A stretch of DNA of 59,907 nucleotides from a virus. Its lineage: Duplodnaviria; Heunggongvirae; Uroviricota; Caudoviricetes. The notes beneath the pieces were generated by a model. That model saw only the letters and a list, made by a program, of their open reading frames with translations. It did no database searches and was not told where the DNA came from. Location of the stretch: IMG/VR virus record IMGVR_UViG_3300029906_000160; one strand, 5' to 3'. Position numbers and translations under genes: made by a program. Shown piece after piece: positions 15,301 through 26,976 of the stretch (within the stretch, counting starts at the first letter, position 1; each line of letters starts with the position of its first letter).

Positions 15301-17053
15301 AAATGTCTATTTTCAAATAAATAGTAGAAAAAGACAAGAATTATTAGATAAACAAGATAACATCTATGAAACTAACCTTGACGTAATTTTTTTAAGAGTA
15401 TTAGCTGAAAATTCTAAAGTAAAAGCAAGTGAAACTTTTCTTCCAATGTTTACTGCATATAGAACTATATTGTATTATAATTCTATCGTAAATCATCAAC
15501 CAACTACTCAAATAATGGAAGTAGCTAATGATTTCATTAGAAGAAGAGTATTTAGGCAAAACATTATCGACTCTAAGTTACAAGGAATTGCTATGGTTAC
15601 TGGAATGTTAAGAGCAATGGTATCATCTATTACTCTTGGTATTAACATGCGTAACTTTGTAAGAGAAAATCTTATTTCTTTTATTGATTCTGCAAAAGAA
15701 ACATTTTTAAAATCTGGTTATATGGTATTTCCTGTTCCAGCTGGAAATATCAACGAAAGAAGAAAATATTTTAAATATTATTCTGAAAGTTTAGCTAATG
15801 TTGCCTCTCATACTTTTGACATGAACGATGTGATGTCTGAAGTTCAACAATTAAACGCAATGTATCGTATGGTAGATTATGACCAAAGAAAAATGGCTCA
15901 TACCGCTAGAACTAATAGATTTGCTCCTTTAAACTTAACAGAGGATTTTCTTTATATAACGTCTAATTTACCAGATTATTATCATAGAAATGCGATTTTA
16001 ATTGCTTCCTTAAAATATTTAGGTGCATGAGAAGCTCATCAAATTAATCAAGAAACTGGAGAACTTGAATATGATATGACAAAAGATAAACGTTATAAAA
16101 TATTATTTGATTATAATTTTGATCGAAAGAAAGTTCCATATGATAAATTTGATGAATATTTAAAAGCAGAAAATGATTATCGTGTTGTTCTAAATGAATG
16201 AAATAGTGCTGGTTGAAGTTATAAATTTGGAGATAAATTTGAATTAGCATTATCTCCTAGAGAAGCAGCAAATGTTCGTAATTTTGGTCATACAATGTTT
16301 GGTTGTTATGATACTCAACAAAGAGCAATGATTAACGAATATTTCTTAGGATCTTTATTCTTCCAATTTAAAACTTATGCAATGAATCAAGTCATTAAAT
16401 ATACAAGAGCTGGAGGAGCTGTAAACATTATTCATCCAAGATATGTTATTGATGAAGATTCTGGAGAACAATTATATGATGTAACTACAACTGCAAAAGA
16501 ATATCAAAGTTCTGGAGGAAAAGCAATAAAAAGAGTAAAGTACAGTGAGGTATCTAAAGATGATCTTATTTCTGGAAGAGCGAAATCAGTAGTTGAATAT
16601 ACGGGTGCTTATATGGAAGGAATGTTTAGAACAGCTATTGCGATTCCCGGTGTAATTATGCATTGAAATCAAGAAGAGTTAGAAAAATACTGAAATCAAC
16701 CACATGTTCGTGCTAATATTTTAGGTTCATTATGAGATAATCTATTTATGTTAATGATGTTTTTACTTATATCTCAAATGTACGGAACTGATACAGTAAC
16801 AGATATGGATGAACAATCATGATTAACTCAATGAACTTATGGAGTATTAACTGGTATTGCTAAAAACGGATTAATATGAGAAGTTGCAAATAGTGTTTAT
16901 GGAGATGGATTACCACCAATGGTAAGTTCTTTAAAACGATATTATACAACTATTCATAATGTAATTTTTGGAGATACAAATTTACTATATGCAATAACAG
17001 ATACCTTTGGAGCAACAAGAGAACTTAGTGGATTGTTTAAAACAGAAGACTAA
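12332..17053 (+). CDS. Large virion RNAP-module protein (~1573 aa) with an N-terminal PD-(D/E)xK nuclease-like domain
   Basis: Track ORFs 12332, 12617, 14009, 14366, 14933 and 16295 share one frame, ending at TAA 17051-17053. Motifs GTAAHNIVE, GKIDMLVID...YDFKFS, QLQMYAAML. Confidence 0.85.
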
Positions 17054-17065
17054 TAGAAAAAAAAT

Positions 17066-17095
17066 ACCCCTGAGCGACAAAAGTCACCCAGGGGT
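17066..17095. terminator. Bidirectional intrinsic terminator between convergent operons
   Basis: ACCCCTG...CAGGGGT stem with inner GAC-AAAA-GTC, an A-tract on the left (U-tract for the - strand) and TTTGTT on the right. Confidence 0.8.
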
Positions 17096-17120
17096 TTGTT
17101 GTATATATTAAAATGTAACG

Positions 17121-17279
17121 TTATTTATTTTCTGTTTTAGTACCGCATACAGTACAAGTCATTTTCTTTTCATCTTCACTTACATTAAATATTCTTATGA
17201 ATTTACCATAGGTTTTATCTTGAAATTCATGAGTTATGTTTTTAGAAGAACAGTTAGAACAAAATTTAGTTGTAGTCAT
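17121..17279 (-). CDS. Small Zn-ribbon protein, 52 aa
   Basis: MTTTKFCSNC...TCTVCGTK contains two CxxC motifs; below the track size cutoff. Confidence 0.65.
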   Translation of the reverse strand: MTTTKFCSNCSSKNITHEFQDKTYGKFIRIFNVSEDEKKMTCTVCGTKTENK

Positions 17280-17994
17280 TTTTAATTTTATTTAAATTTG
17301 CTTTAAGTAAATTAAATAATTCTTTTAAACTTATGTTTTTATTATCTATAATTAAATCAAATTTATTTTGATTTAAAAGAGTTTGCATTTCAGATTCACT
17401 TTTATGTAAACCTGGAGTCAATCCTCTATCTATATAAATAATAAATCCATTTCTATTTTTAATTTCTTCATATTCAGTTATAAATCTTAAATCGGAAATA
17501 ATAAGATTCTGATTATATGATCTATTTAAAACGCAATTAATCCAAATTTTATCATCTATAGTATTACGCATTATTTCTGTTCCAAATAATTGCATAACTT
17601 GTCTTATAGATAGATAATATTGTTTAGATAATTCTGGATTTCATTCTTTTGCAATCTTAGAAAATTTAGAATCAGAAAGAAGATTATATGCTTCTACATC
17701 ATAACCATTAGTATATATCTTACTAAGATTTTTTAAACATACAATACAATTTTCTTTTATGTTTCTTGATTCAAATTCTCAACGATCCATATTTAAAAGA
17801 CATGATAGCATTTCTTTAATTGGATCTGCAAAAGCTATCGTTTTATATAATTTTTTCTTTGGAATTAATGTTTGATGTTTATAAAAGAAATATGAATGAA
17901 ATATTTTAGGTGTATTTAAAAAGAACTCAAGCATACTGGCTACTGTTGATTTACCAGCATTCTTGAGTCCACTTATAGCTATTATTTTACTCAA
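17266..17994 (-). CDS. Deoxynucleoside monophosphate kinase, 242 aa
   Basis: SGLKNAGKST P-loop, FADPIKE, RQVMQLFGTE, ISDLRF and HKSE motifs. Two track ORFs are joined through TGA. Confidence 0.9.
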
Positions 17995-18982
17995 TTTCTA
18001 TTTCTAATTCTATTTTAAACGGACAATTGTCCAAGTTAAAATTACAAGCATCTTGTATTGTTTGTCTAATCCAAGGTTCAATTAATTTTTTTGCAAGTTG
18101 CCGATCTTTATCACATTTTATAGCGTGCTCTTTAAAAACATAATCAATATATCTATACCCACATAAAGGATAATTTAATGCTTGTAAAGAGGACTTAAAT
18201 GTTGTTGAATTAGCACCTTTGTTTTTAATCCAATTATTTTGAGTTAAAAACAAAAGCATACTAGTAGCTAATGGAACTTCAAATACATCAAAAGAACTTA
18301 ATAGTTTACATCCCAGTTCTATTGAAGATTCATCAGAAGATTTTAACATATCATAAATTGACATTAATGACTCTTCATCTAGTTTTTCAAGATCTTTAGA
18401 TATTAATTGTTCTAAATCGTCTTCATATATAAAAGGTTTATTATATACAAATTCAATATTATATAAAGTTTGAGCGGAACTTTTTGTTGAGCAATATACT
18501 AAATCCTGAAAATCTATAGGAACACAAAGTTCTCGTAAATTTGGATAGAAATTATAAAATTCAGTAGGAACTAAATATTCACAGTTATCATGTTCAAACT
18601 TGTATTTAAATTTTGAATTAATTGAATAGTCTGTATAATCGTTAAGTACATTTCTTGGAATAACAATATAATCTGCTTTAGCTGGTTTTACGCATCTTTT
18701 AAAATCAGTTCCTTGAAGTTTAAACCGAGGAAAAGTACAACCCTTATCAAAATATAACGTTGCAGATAAATTAATTTCTTGTTTATCTGTAATATTTTGT
18801 AACTTATCTTTTATACTTTTTAACGTTGCATTTTTAACATAATAATATCCACAATAAACTCCAAGACTTGTTCCAAATTTATTCGTAATATCAGAAATAG
18901 TATCTGAATTATCAAAACTACTTGATCTGAATTGAGGCTTAGACAAACCTCTTAAATTTTTGTCAGTTTCTATATTAATCAT
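17987..18982 (-). CDS. Hypothetical protein, 331 aa
   Basis: Long open frame overlapping or abutting both neighbours. Confidence 0.75.
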   Translation of the reverse strand: MINIETDKNLRGLSKPQFRSSSFDNSDTISDITNKFGTSLGVYCGYYYVKNATLKSIKDKLQNITDKQEINLSATLYFDKGCTFPRFKLQGTDFKRCVKPAKADYIVIPRNVLNDYTDYSINSKFKYKFEHDNCEYLVPTEFYNFYPNLRELCVPIDFQDLVYCSTKSSAQTLYNIEFVYNKPFIYEDDLEQLISKDLEKLDEESLMSIYDMLKSSDESSIELGCKLLSSFDVFEVPLATSMLLFLTQNNWIKNKGANSTTFKSSLQALNYPLCGYRYIDYVFKEHAIKCDKDRQLAKKLIEPWIRQTIQDACNFNLDNCPFKIELEIEIE

Positions 18983-21900
18983 TATAATAATTTTTTACGA
19001 ATTTTAGGATGGACTATCACTTTATTCATTCTACTAGCGTAATTCGTAGCAAGTTGTTTAATTACATTATATATAAGATCCTCAGAAAATAACATTTCTT
19101 TAGAATCTATAATTTCAAGCAATCTCTTCTGAACAGGATCGGATTTAGAACCTTTTTGATCAAAATACCAACTTGTATAATTAAGAAGTCTTGTAGAAAG
19201 AACACTCGCTATATCGGGTCTAAAATTACCAGAATTATCATATACACATTTCTTAATTTCTTCGGATACTTCAGACCACTCTCCTGTTAATAATCTTTCT
19301 GGAGATATAAGCTTATCCAGTCTATTAGCTATAAACATTGTAAAAAGATTTCCAACAATATTATCTTTATCATCGAAACAACCTTTAGCTATATTAAGAA
19401 TCATAGCTAATGTTTTACTATCAGACCAGTCTTTTAAACCAGATATTGCATTACAGAATGTAGTATATGATCTTGGATTGATGGTTTGATTGTTTTCCTG
19501 TTCAAATATTTCTGAAGAATACATTAAGCCGAAGTTAATTGCACGTGAATCAAGTTTAGCATTCTCTGCCCATCGACTCCATGCTTTAATATCGAACTTA
19601 ATTGGAAAATTAACAAGTCTTGACATTTGAGCAGCATCTAGAGAAGATACTTGATACGATCCATTATCAAAATTACTTGTGAGAAGAATATTCGTGTATT
19701 TTGGTAATTTCCAAGATATATATTTCCCGGTACAGATAAGTTCCATTATTGCTTGTTGAAACAAAGAATTAGCCTTTTTAGAATTTTGTTATCGTATTAG
19801 CTTTTTATCTAATACCTCTTTATATTACTATAAAGTTCAGACTATCTCTTCAATAATCGTTTAACTTTGGTAAGCATAAATTATTGCTTAGCACTCGTGG
19901 ATATTTCGTCTCCAACACCACTTGGTAAGATTACTTTATCTAGTCGTTGATCCTTCAATGTATTTCTACAAAGCTTGGATTAGGATTGTCCTTCTTTAAG
20001 GAGTTTTCCAGATTCACTAAGTTTTATACGCGCACTATCTACTACATAAACCCACTCAACATTATTTTGGTCTATGCAGCTTTGTTTCAACTTATATTCA
20101 GAAATTCCAGTTTTTTCTGAAGCTTCTTTTATATTAGAATAAAATGTATTATTATTTATATTATATATAACAGTTTTTCTTTTTGGCAGTTTAAATTTAT
20201 CGTTATAACTAGCTAAATATTTATACTTAAATATCGATCCTAATTTACAACAAGAAGATAATGTAGCACAATTACTATCAAAATTATTACTATTTGTTAA
20301 TTGACGAACAGCTTCAGCAATACTTTCAAATTGAAAATATTTATTATCAATAATATCAAATACAAAAATACTAACAATCTTAGCTTTAGCACTATTGTTA
20401 ATATATGGATCAATTTTCTCTTTTTTGCTATAACTTCATTGATATCCAAATGCTGTTTTATTATTTGTTCCTTCTCTTGCAGCATTAGCTACAGCTCCAG
20501 TTGAAGTTGCGCCCATTTGTCTATCAGCTTCTGCGGCAGAAACATATTCTTTAAGAAAATTACCATCTAAATCGTATTGATATACTTTAACAGACGCTTT
20601 TAGATTAGGACTAAATTTTGGAAGATTTAATACAGGATTTTCTTTATACTTTATTGCTAAATCTTTTGGAGCTTGAGTAGTTCAATAACAGTTTTTATAT
20701 AATTCGTTTGTATCTAAATATTGCTTTATGGTATTTCGCATTATGCGTAATTGAGCTTCAATGTCAGAAAGTTTATTTCAAATGGCAATTAAATTTTTAT
20801 TATTATCTAATTGATAAATTGTTTTAGATTTGATGTTTTTTACTAATTTTGGTAATTTATCACACTTTTCATAAGATCAACGATATTTTCTTGCGGTTTT
20901 AGTTCTTCCATTGCATACCGCACATATATCGTTTGGATCCGTTCTTCCTGTAGCTTTAGCAGCATCAGTAGCTGTTTCGTATACATTTAAAAAGTTTCCT
21001 TCTAAATCGTACTGATATACTTTTTTGCTATTTACTGGACGATGTGTTTCGTAATACTTCTTTTGTGAAATTCTTGTTCTTTCAATAGTTTCTTGATCTC
21101 GTTCTATTCTTACCGCATCTAAAATATGATTCATATCTGGTTTTAATGTTTGAATATAGTAAGTTTCTCGAATTAAAAGATCATTAATATCACAATATTC
21201 AAGAATTTCAAAAGTAAATAAATCTAATCCATATTTATTAAATACATTTTGGACAGTATGATTGTGGTGTGTTCCACGTATCATTGTGTTAATATGTATG
21301 TTTAAACGATGTTTAAAATCTTTTGCACTTCCAATATATGAATGCTCGTTGCATCAAAAACGATAAACGCCTGATTTTCCTTTTACTTCTGGTAATTTTA
21401 GATTTTCTTTTGTTAAATTTCACATAACTTTGCTTTTTTTTATTAAAATTTATATATGATTAACGTTACAAAGATATGTTAAAATTTTCAAAGAAACAAA
21501 TATTATTAGATGATTTTTGTTGAGATTTTCTTTTTTATTTACGCGTATAATCATCTAACAGAAGGATTGTACCATTCTCATTTTCCTCTCTTGGGAGCCA
21601 AGCTGGAGTGGCATAACTCATTCTAACTTGGTCTGTAAGCTCGAAATCTTCACAAGCAGAACGAAGGTACAAATCTAAAAGATCATGTGCTACCCAGGTA
21701 TCTTCAAATTTACCTTCAGAATTCTTTACACGTAGTTTATATTCTTTAATGGGAAAACCAGTAAGATCACTTATCTCTTCAATTTCACTAAGATTAAGTT
21801 TAATAAAAGTCATTCCTCTTATTTCAGCAATTTGTTGTATTACTGAAGTTTTTCCCATACCAGCGTCTCCTTGACAAGCGATTGCTGTTGGGTTTTTACC

Positions 21901-21984
21901 TTCATCTACAAGTCTTTTATTATTATCAAGAAGATAATTACAAATATCTTTAAATTCGTCTAATGTTATTGTATTAATATTCAT
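18982..21984 (-). CDS. MoxR-like AAA+ ATPase, join exons 21541..21984 and 18982..19773, 411 aa
   Basis: Walker A GDAGMGKTS; Walker B LLLDDYTR is spliced to ANSLFQQAIMEL; lies next to a vWA gene. Confidence 0.88.
19980..21425 (-). CDS. Intron-encoded GIY-YIG endonuclease with NUMOD1-like repeats, 481 aa
   Basis: GVYRFW...YIGS motif and repeated VYQYDLxGNFL units. Open with TGA=W from ATG 21425 to TAA 19980. Confidence 0.85.
21469..21500 (-). promoter_or_regulatory. Bacteroidota sigma70-type promoter
   Basis: TTTG-N20-TATCTTTG upstream of the intron endonuclease. Confidence 0.75.
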
Positions 21985-23164
21985 TTGGTATATAAATTGC
22001 ACGACCTGGATAATCCTGATGTTGTCCACCTGAAGTAATTACCCAGATTATTTGATTATTTCTAACTCTAATTGATGGAATAGGTGCGTATCCATCCGTA
22101 AAATAAACCATTGTTGTATAGTCACGATGCTCGTTAAAATATTTTATAGGAGCCGTAAAGTCTGTACCTCCGCGACCTGAGATAGAGCCATCCCATTTAC
22201 CAGTATATTTATAAATACGACCTATTCCAGTATCACATTCACAAATATCTACATCAACGTTAGCTCTTAATATATGATTTATTTCACTAAAAAAATCGCA
22301 TAATTCTTTATCATTTACTGAACCAGAAGTATCGATTGCTACAAATATTTTTGATTTCTTTCTATATTTAACAGCAGAACTATCTGGAAATCTAATTGAT
22401 TCTTTCTTTCTAGTTTTCTTTAAGTCAATAGAAATTTGGGTTCCAATTAATCTTCTAAAATACTTTTTCCAATTAAATACAGGACGCTTTTGTTTAAATA
22501 ATCCTTCTATATATTCTTTAAAACATCCTGGAATAGTACCTCGTTGTTTTGTTGTTTGCTCTGCTGTATTTTTCGCTATATGGTCAATCTGATGAGAGAT
22601 TAATTCTCTTTCAGCGTCTGTTAAACCATCAAATCCAGTATCTCCATCATCTTGCATTTTTGAATGATCATCAACTGACTGTCCATTTAAACTTTGTGGA
22701 TCAATCATAGAATCACCATTACCTTTTCCTGCGACATATTGCACCTTAAGAGAAGTCTTATTATTAATTATAAGACGATAATATTCTCTTGATCCTAATG
22801 CAGGTGGAGCTTGGATTGAATCAGGATAAAAATATTTACCTAAATAAGTCTTATGAGGATCTATCCACTGGTTGATTTCACAATCCATAGCAATATTAGC
22901 TATTTCGCGATTACTAAGATCTTCATAAAGAAACATATGCTTAAACATCACATGAGAAACTTCATGACGTAACACAAATAGTTGTTCTTCATCATCTAGT
23001 TTATCTCAATATTGTTTATTTATGAGTAAACGGCAGTTGATACCATTTCTAGCAACAGCTGCCGTAGGAACTTCTTCACTATATTGTTTATCAAGACTTA
23101 ACAGAAATAAACCATAAAACGGATCTTTATAGATTAATTTTTTTAATGCTTTTTCAAGATCCAT
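21974..23164 (-). CDS. Metallopeptidase-vWA domain protein (DUF2201-like), 396 aa
   Basis: RHEVSH HExxH motif; AIDTSGSV MIDAS motif; GRGGTDF and YFTDGY. Start extended to ATG 23164 through a TGA. Confidence 0.88.
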
Positions 23165-23165
23165 A

Positions 23166-23447
23166 CTAATTACTATTTTTATTTTTTAACCAAGTAAAGA
23201 ATTCCTCAGCTTTTTTAAACCGAGGAAATTCTTCACGATTAACTACAAAATATTTATTTTCAGATTTTTCATTGTCTTCTCGATACTGATTATATTTATC
23301 CATTATATTAATAAGATTCATATAATCATCTTCAGATATTGCATCTAAAAGATCTTCTATCTTAAAGACAAAATACTTACAATCAATAGATTTATATAAA
23401 CGATTTACTCGTTCCTTAAAATCATCTTGAAGTGGTTTATTACTCAT
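23166..23447 (-). CDS. Hypothetical protein, 93 aa
   Basis: Track ORF in operon context. Confidence 0.65.
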   Translation of the reverse strand: MSNKPLQDDFKERVNRLYKSIDCKYFVFKIEDLLDAISEDDYMNLINIMDKYNQYREDNEKSENKYFVVNREEFPRFKKAEEFFTWLKNKNSN

Positions 23448-24003
23448 TTTCTAAATTTAATTTATCTAAATCTAATTTTCTTAGAGTTTGATTAAAAGAT
23501 TCTCCGTCTTCACGTCCATCCAAATATCCTTGAATATAATCTTCATAATTCTCTATGTCTTTAGGAAGCGGAATAAAATAATTATTTTCAAAAAGATACC
23601 AACGTCCACGCATAAATACATAAAGATATTCAGAGTCATCAGATACTTTTTGAATTATATCTAATTGTCTAGGTTGTATATATTTCCATTTTTCTCCTTC
23701 TCTAGTAGCATAACGACGTACACGGTTATCTAATATAACACTACAATCTCCTCCAAGAATTAAATTAAACGCTTTACTAAAATCTAAATAATTATTAACT
23801 AACTCTTTTCCAACACCATCTGGATAACCATCAAAGTGACAATAAATTCCAAGATATTTTTTATTTATACTTACATCTTCAGATTTTTCATCACAAGTTT
23901 CGGTATCCCAATCTTCCTCATTAAACATAGATGAATCATATCTAAATATTCTTTTAATATATTTATCTGGAACTTCAATTAAAATACTACTTCTTGTGCT
24001 CAT
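23440..24003 (-). CDS. Conserved phage hypothetical protein (MSTRS...YCHFDGYP type)
   Basis: Track ORF; MSTRSS start inferred. Confidence 0.7.
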   Translation of the reverse strand: MSTRSSILIEVPDKYIKRIFRYDSSMFNEEDWDTETCDEKSEDVSINKKYLGIYCHFDGYPDGVGKELVNNYLDFSKAFNLILGGDCSVILDNRVRRYATREGEKWKYIQPRQLDIIQKVSDDSEYLYVFMRGRWYLFENNYFIPLPKDIENYEDYIQGYLDGREDGESFNQTLRKLDLDKLNLENE

Positions 24004-25936
24004 CTTTATCAATATGAATAATTGTATGAAAATCTACACCATTATTTATAAATTCATTACGAATCATAAAAGCCAACTCTCTTGCTGTTGGATGTGCTCC
24101 TTCTCCCATTCTTAATTCAAAGAAATGTTCCCAATCAGATTCGAACCCACACATCATTATTTCTGTTTTAAGTGCATTTGGAAGTACTTGCCTTGCTTGT
24201 TGTGGTTTCCAACCTTCGTTTAAAAGATCAAAATAATAAGCTTCAGAATCTAGCAAAGCGTTGTAAAATGTTGTATCTAGTTCATTTGTTTTAGTACATT
24301 CTCCTTCACTAAGATTAGTTCAAGATGGAATAATATATGTTATTTGATTTCCAAATTTATCTCCACTATAATTACAATATCTTGTAGATTCCACACAAAA
24401 ACTCCATTTGTTATATATAAAAATTTAAATTTATATTCTCTTCTTTTCAAAAGAGTGTCGGACTATATCTTCGTCTTATTTTTAAAGACGTTCGGCGCTC
24501 GTGTTTCCATTATATTCTCTTTTTTAGAGTTTCAGGAATTAGTCTCTGAACTTTTTAAAGTTGTTAAGCTTTAACTTAGCTGCTGGTTAGCATGTCTTAA
24601 AACCTTTTTGCAAAATTCATATAATTCTTCCATAGACATTACGTGTTTACTAACATTTGCCTGCTTAGTTACCCATTGAACATTTCCTTTAACGTAACCT
24701 TTGGTAGAATCAATTCTGTCTAAAGATGCATCACTTATGTGTGTAATATAATCTCCAGTAATAGCACAAGTTTGTTTTTGATCTTGGAATAATTGTCATA
24801 ACTCTTCTAAAGATAAATTAAATTCATACCCTCTTGTTTTAGCAGAACGTTTTAATTTTGTATATCTTGTTTTATCTAATTCTCCAATCATTCCGTTTTT
24901 TATTTTACTTTGAAGACCTCTTTTCTTTTGCGCACAAGCTTGACATTCAAAACACGCATCTTTTTTAATCAGCTCGTTTGGTTGAAATCATCTAGTAGCA
25001 CCACATTCACACTGGCATAAATATAATAAGCAACCTCTATTATCGTGTTTTGTTTCTGATAACACAGTTCATGATTTATATTTTTCTCCAGGTTGAATAG
25101 GAATTCTACGATACTTTGCTACACATCTTTTGCATTTAGAACTTCTTCCATGTATAAGATCGCTTAAACATAACATTTGTTCTGTTCCACAAGTACAGCG
25201 AACTTTAACGGCAGTGTGTCCATTTTTAACGATTGGTGTATTATCAATTACAGTTCAATCACCAAATACATCTCCGTTTTGACAAGTTAATCTTCTCATA
25301 TTTTCACAAGTTTTTTAAAAAATTAATAATCTTCTATTTCTTGTAAAAATACAAAATATTTTTAAATTTTGCAAATTTATTTTTAAAATTTAGCTTTCCA
25401 GCAATTCACCGAATTTTCACTAATATATTACTATATTATGCGACAAGTTTATTTATCGTTCGATGTCTTGTATATTCGGCAAGTATATCCCTTGAAGTAA
25501 TTAACTTTACGCAATACCTACGTTCGTGCTTAGTAGGTTCACAAGCATAGTGGAGATCTTCGAGTCTTTCGTTTTCAAATATAACTCTAAGATTAGTAGT
25601 TATATAATAAATAGTTCCAGTATGCGTAGAATTATCTTCAGATTTAACTTTTGAATATTTATTTCAACGATAAAAGTGTGCTAAATCTGTTTCTTCTAAA
25701 TAATTAGGATTAGTAAATGGACTTCCAGTATCTACAGTTAAATATATAGTACCAAATTCAAATGGAGAATAATGGTGTTTACCTTGAAGCATTTGAATAA
25801 ACTTGATTCAAGAATCTTCTGTGATTTTTGATTCACTTTTATAGCATGTTCTACCAGCACGTTCAATAAGTTTAAATGCCCCTAATATAGTTGGATCTTG
25901 TGGAATATATTTAGCACTTTGTTTAATCAGTTTCAT
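23987..25936 (-). CDS. thyX: Flavin-dependent thymidylate synthase, join exons 25455..25936 and 23987..24404, 299 aa
   Basis: Splicing restores RHRTMSFCVES (RHRx7S signature). IERAGRTCYKS, QQARQVLP and FFELR motifs. Confidence 0.9.
24405..25454 (-). mobile_element. Group I intron in thyX, endonuclease ORF between the P and Q elements
   Basis: IGS AAACTTGTCG pairs with both exon 1 end (CGAU) and exon 2 start (GAGTTT). Core: GGTGAATTGCTGGAA, AACCAGCAGC, TTCAGAGACT, AAGATATAGTCCG. Terminal G at 24405. Confidence 0.92.
24571..25299 (-). CDS. Intron-encoded HNH-like homing endonuclease with Cys-rich N-terminal repeats, 242 aa
   Basis: CxCG repeats and SLDRIDSTKGYVKGNVQWV...AN motif; TGA read as W. 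Confidence 0.82.
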
Positions 25937-26186
25937 ATTTATCGATAATTGCATTAATTTGATCTAAAGTCTGAAGTCCAACTGTACGTTCAAGAACGTT
26001 TCCTTCTGAATCTAAAAATAAAAGTGTTGGTACATTTCTAATATTTGCTTTAGAAGCGGCTTCTACATCTTCATCACAATCTATCTCTTCTACTGGAACT
26101 CTCGTAAAGTTAACTAAAGTGGCTTTTAACACTTTACAAGGATTACATCAGCTTGTTGAGTATTTAACAATTTTACTTACACTCAT
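25923..26186 (-). CDS. Thioredoxin/glutaredoxin-like protein, 87 aa
   Basis: STS-W(TGA)-CNPC active site and VPTLLF cis-Pro motif. Confidence 0.9.
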
Positions 26187-26466
26187 CTTTCTTTATTACT
26201 GGATTTACATTATCAAAATATCCCTCAATTATCGTATTTAACAACGATTTAAGAGCTTTTCTTTTATAGTTAAAATCTGGCTTATGCTCAACATTTCTAA
26301 TCCAAAAAGTATGAAAAGGATATTGGTTCATATTATTATCTTCAAACCAAACCTTAAATTCATACATATCTTCTTCACTAGAAGGCATAATTTCTTGATA
26401 TTTAAGAACTAATCCTCTACGTGAAAGAACATCATTTATTTGCTGTTCAAGATTAAGAATCATCAT
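26173..26466 (-). CDS. Hypothetical protein, 97 aa
   Basis: Track ORF in operon context. Confidence 0.65.
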   Translation of the reverse strand: MMILNLEQQINDVLSRRGLVLKYQEIMPSSEEDMYEFKVWFEDNNMNQYPFHTFWIRNVEHKPDFNYKRKALKSLLNTIIEGYFDNVNPVIKKDECK

Positions 26467-26671
26467 TTATACTTATTAAATGAATTTCGAAGTTATCGTA
26501 TCTAAAAAATTCTTCGTATCTCTTTTTAATAATCTTATAAGCTTCTTCGTTAAGTTTAGGTTGTTGTATTTCTTTATTTAAAGTAAAACTTTCATATAAG
26601 TTTTTACATCTAAAATCTAATCCTCCAAAATGTCAGATTAAATAAAATACAATAGTATATGTTTTAGTCAT
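26453..26671 (-). CDS. Hypothetical protein, 72 aa
   Basis: MTKTYTIVFYLIW(TGA)HF...; fills the gap and overlaps both neighbours. Confidence 0.6.
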
Positions 26672-26975
26672 CGTATTCTATTATATGATTAATAGTTTCT
26701 TCATCATAGTAATAAGAATCTGTATAAATAAATTCAAAATTACCATAATATAAAGAACCTTTTAAAGAAATCCAATCTTTTGTTTCTGGATTATAATAAT
26801 CTTCACAAAAATCTATTTCCCATCCATTAGGATCCCAATCTGAAATTTTATGATAACCTTGTTCTTTTAAGAAATCATCATAAATACAAAGAGGAGCAAA
26901 AGGGCAAGATGTTATATTATGTGTTAGCTTAAATTCATTAAAAGCTATAATAATTTTATTTAACTGCGTTTCCAT
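26664..26975 (-). CDS. Hypothetical protein, 103 aa
   Basis: Track ORF trimmed to the METQL start just after the pnk stop. Confidence 0.65.
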   Translation of the reverse strand: METQLNKIIIAFNEFKLTHNITSCPFAPLCIYDDFLKEQGYHKISDWDPNGWEIDFCEDYYNPETKDWISLKGSLYYGNFEFIYTDSYYYDEETINHIIEYDD

Positions 26976-26976
26976 A

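Larger units (their letters stand above)
19774..21540 (-). mobile_element. Group I intron in the MoxR-like ATPase gene
   Basis: Exon end TTATACGCGU pairs over 10 bp with GCGCGTATAA (20033-20024), including the U-G splice pair. Terminal G at 19774. Core: GTGAATCTGGAA, AATCCTAATCCAAGC, CAACGACTAG, AAGAGATAGTCTG. Confidence 0.92.

Noticed and set aside
25340-25375. Promoter for the thyX intron endonuclease
   Set aside because: TTTG-N20-TATTTTTA has a mismatch in the -7 box within very AT-rich DNA; not called as a feature.
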